Source of the DNA: an uncultured Spirochaetota bacterium
GTDB taxonomy: Bacteria > Spirochaetota > UBA4802 > UBA5550
Direction of reading: 5' to 3'
DNA: 64,000 bases
Assembly (NCBI GenBank): GCA_963732395.1
Contig: CAVSZF010000003.1
Location: forward strand, 114,733-178,732
In this document: positions 38,084 through 45,144 of the stretch, piece after piece
Numbering within the stretch: the stretch's first letter is position 1
How the letters are laid out: each line of letters starts with the position of its first letter
The notes under the pieces: generated by a model
What the model was told of the DNA's origin: nothing
The model's database searches: none
The model's input: only the letters and a program-made list of their open reading frames with translations
Translations under genes and position numbers: made by a program

Positions 38084-40375
38084 CTAAATAAACCTTTTAA
38101 TCACTTCCAGAAGATTGCTCTGATCAAAACTGCTTTTCACAATATACGCGTTGGCGCCGACTTCAATGCCCCGCTCGCGGTCTTCGCGTGACTCGAGGGC
38201 GGTGACCAGGACCACCGGCAGCTCATTCAGCTTCCCGTCGTTTCGAATCTTTCCGGTAAGCTCAAAGCCGCTCATCCGCGGCATGTCCACGTCAGATACC
38301 ACCAGATCGAATTCCTCGCTTCGGACGAGGATGAAGGCATCCACGCCGTCAATGGCCGTGGAGACCTGATAACCGGCCGTTTCGAGGATGTTCTTGATCA
38401 ACGTCCGCGACGTTATGGAATCTTCCGCCACGAGTATTTTTCTCGATTGTTCCGCCTCTTTATTGACTTTCTGCGCCGGCCCGGCCGACAGGGCCGGACG
38501 GACGGCGGATTTCATCAGGTCAGGAACATTGAGAACGGGCACGACCCTGCCCGTGCCGAGAACCGCGGCGCCGGCTATGTTCCGGACGCGGCCCAACTGC
38601 CTGCCCAGCCCCTTCATAAGCACCTGCTGTTCGTCAAGGATCTCATCCACCTGAAAGGCGATGCGTGCGTCGGCGGATGCGGTCACCACTACCGACACGG
38701 TGGGAGGGGCTCCGCTCACGGGAGTCGTGCTTCGTCGTGACGGAAGCTCCAGTACGTCTCCCAGCCTGACCAGCGGCAGGATCCGGCCGTTCTGCTGTAT
38801 CGTTTCCCGGTTCTCAACGGTCCGGATGTTCTCCCGGGGCACCCGTGCCGCGCGCTCAACATTGATGGTGGGCACAATGAACAGGTGCTCATCGACGCGT
38901 ACCAGCACGCCCCTGAACGTGGCGAGGCTCAGTGACACGAGAAGGCGGAACGTCGTGCCGCCCCCGGCACGGGTTTCCACGGACACGGCCCCGCCGAGCT
39001 TCTCGACCTTCTCGCGAACGATCGCCAGGCCCAGGCCCCGGCCCGATATGTCGGTGATGATGGGACTGGTGGTAACGCCCGATTTGAAGATCAGGGAAAT
39101 GCAATCCTGCCGGTCGAGCTTTTCTGCCGCCTCCCGCGAGACGAGTCCCGCTTTTACCGCAGCCGCCCTCACCTGTTCCGCGTCGATCCCCTCGCCGTCA
39201 TCGGAAAGTAAAATCTCCAGCCGGCGGCCGTCCTTTATTTCGAAGAAGAGATTGATTGTTCCCTTTGCCGGTTTATGCAGGCGGGCGCGTTCCTCCGTTT
39301 TTTTTATGCCGTGGTTGACGCAATTTCTCAGGAGATGGATGAGCGGGTCTTTCAGCTCATCAAGGATCCGTTTGTCGATTTCGATCTCCGCGCCGCTGAT
39401 GACCAGCTCCGCCTCCTTGTCCTGGTCCCGGGCAAGATCGCGAACAAATTTTTGAAAACCCTCCACGAGTGTCGACGCCGGAAGCATGAGCACCTGCTTC
39501 ATCGACTCCAGGTGATCGTCCACCATCCGCCTGACGGTGCGGAGGTCCTGTTCCGCGGCCCGGGCCACGGCGGTCACCCTGTCCTGGAGGATGGAGAATC
39601 CCGTCTTGTCCCAATCAGCCGCCGGTCCCTTCTGCCCTGCCCCCGGAGATGAAAGACGCCCTCTCCTTTTTGCAGATTCGGCTTTCAATGATACAAGGGT
39701 CCGGTCGATTTCCCTCAAGTCGCTGACCCTCTGGCCGGCGGCCATCTTGACCAGGATCATCTCCTCCGCCTGGAGGAAAAGAGGGTCCAGCTTGGCAGTG
39801 GGCATCTTGACGTATTCCATCTTGAACTGCATATCCTCTGCATGGGTTTCGGTTTTGTTCAGGTCCGCTTCCGGATGTGGAGCATCCGGAGGATTTTCAT
39901 GGGCCCCGGTCTCCTCATCACGCACGGGAGCCTTCGGCTTGTCCGGCGGCACGGCGCCCTTGGGCACCTCCTCCAGCTGCTTCATCAGTTTCCTGACATT
40001 CGATCGATCGGCGGGCTTTCCCCCCTCGTCCGTCGATGAAACGAGCCCGGTAATGGCATTCACCGTGCGGTGAAAAAGATCGTACATGGGCTGCGTCAAT
40101 GATATGTCCCCGCGTTTCAGGGCGGAAAACGCGCCCTCGAGACGCTGGCACACCGCCTCGACGTCCTTTACGTCAACGGAGCGCGCCGCGCCCTTGAGGC
40201 TGTGCGCCTCGCGGAAGATGGTTTCGATCACCTCTGCAGACTTTTCCGAGCCCGGATTCTTTTCCAGTTCCATGAGGCCGGCGGAAATCGTCCTGATATG
40301 CTCGTCAGCCTCGATTCGGAACGTGTCACGGAGCCGTTTGAGGAATTCCTTTCTTTTCTCATCCATGGTCTGCAC
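38084..40375 (-). CDS. cheA: hybrid chemotaxis histidine kinase CheA with C-terminal receiver (WspE-like)
   Basis: 763 aa. Hpt FREAHSLKGAARS, N-box HLLRNCVNHGI, G-boxes DDGEGID / SGRGLGLAIV, CheW-like domain. C-terminal receiver ILVAEDSITS...VVSDVDMPRMSG...AYIVKS. Confidence 0.93.
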   Translation of the reverse strand: MQTMDEKRKEFLKRLRDTFRIEADEHIRTISAGLMELEKNPGSEKSAEVIETIFREAHSLKGAARSVDVKDVEAVCQRLEGAFSALKRGDISLTQPMYDLFHRTVNAITGLVSSTDEGGKPADRSNVRKLMKQLEEVPKGAVPPDKPKAPVRDEETGAHENPPDAPHPEADLNKTETHAEDMQFKMEYVKMPTAKLDPLFLQAEEMILVKMAAGQRVSDLREIDRTLVSLKAESAKRRGRLSSPGAGQKGPAADWDKTGFSILQDRVTAVARAAEQDLRTVRRMVDDHLESMKQVLMLPASTLVEGFQKFVRDLARDQDKEAELVISGAEIEIDKRILDELKDPLIHLLRNCVNHGIKKTEERARLHKPAKGTINLFFEIKDGRRLEILLSDDGEGIDAEQVRAAAVKAGLVSREAAEKLDRQDCISLIFKSGVTTSPIITDISGRGLGLAIVREKVEKLGGAVSVETRAGGGTTFRLLVSLSLATFRGVLVRVDEHLFIVPTINVERAARVPRENIRTVENRETIQQNGRILPLVRLGDVLELPSRRSTTPVSGAPPTVSVVVTASADARIAFQVDEILDEQQVLMKGLGRQLGRVRNIAGAAVLGTGRVVPVLNVPDLMKSAVRPALSAGPAQKVNKEAEQSRKILVAEDSITSRTLIKNILETAGYQVSTAIDGVDAFILVRSEEFDLVVSDVDMPRMSGFELTGKIRNDGKLNELPVVLVTALESREDRERGIEVGANAYIVKSSFDQSNLLEVIKRFI

Positions 40376-40380
40376 CGTAC

Positions 40381-42015
40381 CTATACCGTGAACTGCTCTA
40401 CCAAACCTTTGAGTTTCTCACCCAGCCCGTGCAGGTTCTGCGCCGCAAGCTCAACCTGCTTCATGCCCATTGCGGTCTGATTGCCCGCCTGGTTGATGTT
40501 TTGCATCGCTATATTGACCTGGTCCATGCCCACCACCTGCTGCTGGCTCGACGCCACGATCTGGGTTGCGGTTTGCGCCGCTTCGCTTGAACTCTCGGTC
40601 AGCACGCGGATCGCTTCACCTGCCTGGTCCGCCTGTTTCACGCCGGCATCCACCAGCTTGCTCCCCTGCTCGGTGGCCATGACCGCGGCGCCGGTCGCCT
40701 TTTGAATGTCGTTCAGGATGCCCCGGACCTGCTCGGTCGCCTGCTTCGACTGTTCCGCCAAAATCTTGATCTCCTGGGCCACCACGGCGAACCCCTTTCC
40801 CTGTTCCCCGGCCCGGGACGCCTCGATGGCCGCGTTTACCGCGAGAAGGTTTGACTGATCTGCAAGGTCGGTGACGGACGCGATGATGCCGCCTATCGAC
40901 TGGCTTTGCTCGCTCAGGCTCATGATGGTCCGGGCGATCGATTCCATCTGATCGCGGATCTGTCCCATTCCGACGGCGGTTTCCTCGACGGATTTCTGCC
41001 CGCCCCGGGATACCTGGGCGACACGCTGTGCCTTGTCGGAGACGTTCATTGCCTTCTCTGAAGAGAGCTGTGCCGCCTGCCGAACTTCTTCAACGGTCGT
41101 GGTAGTTTCGCTGATCGCGGTCGCGGTTTCAGCGGTCCCGGAGGCCACCTGCGTGGTCGATGCCAGAATCTCGCTCGCGGACGAACCGAGCAGGGTGGTT
41201 CCTTCTTTTATTGCCACTATTGTGCGTTGAAGGCTCTCGACCATCTGGTGGAAAGCCTGCATCAAAACACCCAGTTCGTCCGTCCGCGTTTCGGTGGACA
41301 CGTTGACCGAAAGGTCACCTGAAGCGATCTGTGCGGCGACACCGGATATCGCGCTGAGCGGCCGTGCTATAAAATAATGCAGGAGCACCACCAATGCGAT
41401 GCAGGCCAGGAAGGCAAGCACACCGACGACGACAAATAATAGAAATATCCCCGAGGCTGTCCGTTGCTGCTTCACTAATTGTGAGTCTGCATCCTCGCTT
41501 GCTTTTCTGCTTAGTTCAAGGGAAATGTCCCGCATCCTGGTGAATCGTTCAACCTGGACGCCAAGGCCAAGTTTCTGTGCTTCCTGCTTTTTCCCCTCGT
41601 CGATCAGGGACATCTGCTGCTCCCGTGTCTGGCGATATGATGCCAGTATGCTCTTATATTCGGAAATCCGGCCCTGGAAGCCGGTATCCTGCCCCATGAG
41701 TCTGGAAATTTCGACCAGGAGAGTATCAATCTGGTTGGAAACTTCCTTGATATTCTGCAGAGCTATTTTTTGGGCTGACCTTTCGGTGGTGAAGGACAAC
41801 TCGAGCATCTGCCCACGGTTGAAATTCTGGTACGACCTGAGTTCACTGAGACCGTTGTCGACTTTGTAATTAAAGGCGTGAAGCTTTTGCGTTGTTTGGG
41901 TGATGACCGTGATGCCCCGATAGCCGGTGACGATCACGACAGCCAGCAACAGCCATATTATGCCGAAGGCGATAAGCAGTTTTTTCGAGGTGGACAGGTT
42001 GATAAACCATTTCAT
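40381..42015 (-). CDS. methyl-accepting chemotaxis protein (two TM helices, HAMP, MCP signalling domain)
   Basis: 544 aa. Highly conserved hairpin DQSNLLAVNAAIEASRAGEQGKGFAVVAQEIKILAEQS. Its ATG overlaps the upstream cheW stop (ATGA). Confidence 0.92.
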   Translation of the reverse strand: MKWFINLSTSKKLLIAFGIIWLLLAVVIVTGYRGITVITQTTQKLHAFNYKVDNGLSELRSYQNFNRGQMLELSFTTERSAQKIALQNIKEVSNQIDTLLVEISRLMGQDTGFQGRISEYKSILASYRQTREQQMSLIDEGKKQEAQKLGLGVQVERFTRMRDISLELSRKASEDADSQLVKQQRTASGIFLLFVVVGVLAFLACIALVVLLHYFIARPLSAISGVAAQIASGDLSVNVSTETRTDELGVLMQAFHQMVESLQRTIVAIKEGTTLLGSSASEILASTTQVASGTAETATAISETTTTVEEVRQAAQLSSEKAMNVSDKAQRVAQVSRGGQKSVEETAVGMGQIRDQMESIARTIMSLSEQSQSIGGIIASVTDLADQSNLLAVNAAIEASRAGEQGKGFAVVAQEIKILAEQSKQATEQVRGILNDIQKATGAAVMATEQGSKLVDAGVKQADQAGEAIRVLTESSSEAAQTATQIVASSQQQVVGMDQVNIAMQNINQAGNQTAMGMKQVELAAQNLHGLGEKLKGLVEQFTV

Positions 42016-42692
42016 GACAGATTCCTCCCGTTAAAGTTAGAACCATGCAAAGCGTCCGGTTCTAATTCTTCGTGTACGACAATTTTTTCATCACCCAGTA
42101 TCTTGTCTCCATCGAGGATTATTATGCCCTCCGCGGTAACGCCTTTCACGTACTCCGCGCCGATCCCGGTTACGGTGGGAAGCGGCGGCTGAATTGTATC
42201 ACGCGTGATTCGACGCGTGCCAATGATAGAATCCGCGAGAACCCCAAACTCCATCTCCTCATTTCTAATGATGATTATTTTATTAAGGTCGCCCAGTCCC
42301 TTTTCAGGAAGATTGAAGAAATTCTTGAGATCGATGACGGAAAGGATCTTCCCGCGCACGTTGACGATGCCGAGAACGAAGGAAGGCGTGCACGGTAGGG
42401 GCGTAAGGTCTTTCAGGGGATAAACTTCGCGGACGAACGCCGATTCCATGCCGTATATTTCCCGCGACAATTGGAATTCGATGATTTCAATGAAATTCTG
42501 TACTGACTCGGCCTGTTCTGGTTCGCGCGCAAGGGCTCTGGCGCGTTTTTTAAGGATGGAACGCGTTTCATCGGAGGAGGGCTGTGCGCCCCGCTCAAGT
42601 ACCGCCCGGGTATTTTCAATACGGCGGTGCACCTCGCTCCAGTCGTTTCCTGCTTCTTTCTCATGCGTTGGCATCTTTTTATCGTTATTCAT
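42012..42692 (-). CDS. cheW: CheW-like coupling protein
   Basis: ORF track 42012-42854. The first 54 codons are read from the GC-rich repeat. The preferred start is ATG 42692 (MNNDKKMPT...), preceded by GAGGAG. CheW core FQLSREIYGMESAFVREV...VLGIVNVRGKILSVIDL. Confidence 0.85.
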   Translation of the reverse strand: MNNDKKMPTHEKEAGNDWSEVHRRIENTRAVLERGAQPSSDETRSILKKRARALAREPEQAESVQNFIEIIEFQLSREIYGMESAFVREVYPLKDLTPLPCTPSFVLGIVNVRGKILSVIDLKNFFNLPEKGLGDLNKIIIIRNEEMEFGVLADSIIGTRRITRDTIQPPLPTVTGIGAEYVKGVTAEGIIILDGDKILGDEKIVVHEELEPDALHGSNFNGRNLS

Positions 42693-42710
42693 GGTCACTA
42701 TTCTCCTCGG

Positions 42711-42776
42711 GCCCCCCACCCCCCCCGAAGGGGGCGTACTATTTTCGTGCATACCCTTAACCCCCTCCGGGGGTGG
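42711..42776. repeat. GC-rich palindromic intergenic repeat, copy 3 (inside the che operon)
   Basis: GCCCCCCACCCCCCCCGAAGGGGGC (42711-42735), spacer GTACTATTTTCGTGCATACCCTTAA, then CCCCCTCCGGGGGTGG (42761-42776). Lies between the cheR stop and the cheW start. Confidence 0.75.
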
Positions 42777-42850
42777 CAGTCGGAGACTGCCGGGGGCGCA
42801 CCTCTCTGTGCCTCTGTGTCTCTGTGGCAAAACAGTTGAGCAGTTCCTTC

Positions 42851-44347
42851 TCACGACAGCGCTCCTATCGACATTGTGGCCTGTATGATTTCCCTGAACC
42901 TGCCTGCCGTCATCCCCTCGGATTCGGGCAGGATTTCCTCCTGACTGCAGGCGCTCATAAGCGAAAGGGCGTTATCAAAGCTTTTTTGTGCCGTTTTGGC
43001 GTCTCCCCGCCGCAAGGCCAGGTTGCCCATGGTGAAATAAGCCAGCACGTGATTCGGGTCGAGATAGAGCGTTCGCTTGAGCGAGGAGATCGCTTCATCG
43101 TCGCTGTTCTGTTCCTGGAGGATGACGGCCCGAAGATAATGCAGGCCGGGATTGAGCTTGTCGTCGACGATCGTGGTATCGCACAGAACAAGCGCCTCTG
43201 CAAGATCGCCCCTGTCGGCAAGCGACCGGATTGTTCTTGTACTGGAACTCCGCCTTTCCCCGCTTTCGGTTGTGTCCGTCCCCATCGTATCATCTTCAAC
43301 CTCTCGAATATCCGAAAGCTCTTGAATTACGGGGTGACTCGGTTCAGGTCGCGTATCTTCCGGGGTTGTTTCATTGTCGGTATAGGGGTTCGGCAGGATC
43401 TGTATTTCGGACGCCATGGCGGGTTCATCGATCGGATGGATCATCACGTCAGAAGGAAGAATACCTTCGAAATGAAATACCGCCGACGGCATTGATCCCG
43501 TGAGTTCTTTCCGGTATACGATCGCACCGGGAAAATTGACTGAAGAGAATTGCGGAAAGAGCTGCTGGGAGAGCTCGCTGGAGCTTACTATCAGCCAGCC
43601 TCCATCGGTGAGGGAGCGGTAAAGCCCCTGCGCGATCTCCTGCGCTCGGCCGGACGCGAAATACATAAGCACGTTGCGGCAGAAAATTATATCCATGGCT
43701 CCCGTATTGTTTATAGGTGAGGGATAGATATCTTCGGCGAGATTCAGGTAGGAAAACGCGACCATCTTCTTAATATTGGGAACTATTTCCATCCTGCCGG
43801 GGTCCCTGCGGTGAAAATATTTTTCCTTGAGCCAGGAGGGGGAGTTGCGGAACGACCACTCGCCGTAAATGCCGGCCTTCGCCTTCCTGAGGATCCGTGG
43901 ATTGATATCGGTCGCCAGTATGGTGATGTTCCAGTGTTCCAGGTCCGGGACCGCTCTCTGAAGCGCGATCGCTATCGAGTACGGCTCCTCGCCGGTGGAA
44001 CATCCGGCGCTCCAGATTCTCAGCAGTCTGCCGCTTCCTTCCCGCGTGCGGACAAGTTCCGGAAGGATGTGCTCCACGAGGGCTTCGAAAACCTGCGGCT
44101 CGCGCCAGAAATAGGTTTCGCTGATCGTGAGATGGCTCGCCAGTATCTCGACCTGCTCCCTGGATACTGGCGTCGATGTCACCCACCGGATGAAGGATTC
44201 AGCATCGGTGTATCCGAACTCACGCGCGGCCGAACCTGCATTCCGCTCAAGATCGTTCCAGCGCTCGCGGGGAAAGTGAAGGGCCGTCCGGGACTCGATA
44301 AATTCGCTGAATTGAGACAGCAGGCTATTCCCCAGGGATTCCATCAA
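42851..44347 (-). CDS. cheR: CheR-type protein-glutamate O-methyltransferase with C-terminal TPR region (WspC-like)
   Basis: 498 aa. IWSAGCSTGEEPYSIA and IFCRNVLMYF motifs. C-terminal TPR-like repeats (ALVLCDTTIVDDKLNPGLHYLRAVILQEQ..., LKRTLYLDPNHVLAYFTMGNLAL). Confidence 0.9.
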   Translation of the reverse strand: MMESLGNSLLSQFSEFIESRTALHFPRERWNDLERNAGSAAREFGYTDAESFIRWVTSTPVSREQVEILASHLTISETYFWREPQVFEALVEHILPELVRTREGSGRLLRIWSAGCSTGEEPYSIAIALQRAVPDLEHWNITILATDINPRILRKAKAGIYGEWSFRNSPSWLKEKYFHRRDPGRMEIVPNIKKMVAFSYLNLAEDIYPSPINNTGAMDIIFCRNVLMYFASGRAQEIAQGLYRSLTDGGWLIVSSSELSQQLFPQFSSVNFPGAIVYRKELTGSMPSAVFHFEGILPSDVMIHPIDEPAMASEIQILPNPYTDNETTPEDTRPEPSHPVIQELSDIREVEDDTMGTDTTESGERRSSSTRTIRSLADRGDLAEALVLCDTTIVDDKLNPGLHYLRAVILQEQNSDDEAISSLKRTLYLDPNHVLAYFTMGNLALRRGDAKTAQKSFDNALSLMSACSQEEILPESEGMTAGRFREIIQATMSIGALS

Positions 44348-44868
44348 TCCGTGCCTCCCGAAAGGGCATTGTCCAGCATCCGTTCTTCATCGAGAGAAAG
44401 AAAGGTATCGATGTCGTAGATGAGGATGAGATTCTCTTCTGTCTTGACCACGCCGCGGAGGTATTCAACGAAAGGAAGGGACTGGCCGCCGCTTTCCAGC
44501 TCATGGCCCGCAATCTCGCGAATCTCGGAAACGTAATCCACCACCAGCGCCACGCTGCGCCGTTGTGTCCGCGCGATGATGAAATGGTCTTCAAGCTTGA
44601 TATCACGCGCCGGCAACCGCAGCCGCTCGCGGATGTTCACCACGGGGATAATCTTCCCCTGCACATTTATCGCTCCCTGGATGATCGCGGGAGCGTTCGG
44701 CAGGGGCGTGATCTCAACGGCGCGGACCACCCGCTCGACCGCGGAGAGAGACAGGGCGTAGCGCGGCTCATCCAGGGCAAACACCACGATCCGGTTACGG
44801 TCATCATCGTTGAGATCGCTTGGCAGTACTGTCGTTTCCGTTTCATGTTCAGATGGCATTGCAGTCAC
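44344..44868 (-). CDS. cheW: CheW-like coupling protein
   Basis: 174 aa. VVFALDEPRYALSLSAVERVV...IIQGAINVQGKIIPVVNI. Its stop overlaps the cheR start by 4 nt. Confidence 0.88.
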   Translation of the reverse strand: MTAMPSEHETETTVLPSDLNDDDRNRIVVFALDEPRYALSLSAVERVVRAVEITPLPNAPAIIQGAINVQGKIIPVVNIRERLRLPARDIKLEDHFIIARTQRRSVALVVDYVSEIREIAGHELESGGQSLPFVEYLRGVVKTEENLILIYDIDTFLSLDEERMLDNALSGGTD

Positions 44869-44940
44869 TCTCCATTGTCATACTTCCAACCGGGGACCCT
44901 TTCCTGCCTTTACTATAGCCACATCCACGGGAATAATTTT

Positions 44941-45144
44941 TTATTGTTGATTAATAACCGCTTTCTTTATGTACCGCAGACTTGTGCTGTTGTTCGACAG
45001 GCTCACCATGAGCGACACCCACATATAGACGCCGGACCCGGGGGTGGAATCACGGTGCCGCCGGGAATACCATGCGATATATCCCATGACGGCGGCCGTA
45101 ACCATGATGGAAATGAAGTATGCCGTGTGGTACCAGTTCATCAT
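44941..45144 (-). pseudogene. 5' fragment of a HisKA_7TM kinase gene (first ~47 codons only)
   Basis: MMNWYHTAYFISIMVTAAVMGYIAWYSRRHRDSTPGSGVYMWVSLMV then unrelated sequence and a stop. DNA 45004-45144 matches 33800-33940 (start of the full-length kinase) at 137/141 positions. Confidence 0.8.

Noticed and set aside
38075-38084. C10/G10 homopolymer immediately after the cheA stop as a phase-variation switch
   Set aside because: It lies outside coding sequence. Only the last base of the TAG stop is part of the run, so length changes would not alter any reading frame. An effect on cheB expression is conceivable but has no support from the sequence alone.
42808-42830. Possible sigma54 promoter (minus strand AGGCACAGAGAGGTGC) upstream of cheW
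   Set aside because: The GG to GC spacing is one nt longer than the TGGCAC-N5-TTGC consensus and the -12 element is only TGC. The related copy at 35547-35564 lacks the -12 element entirely.
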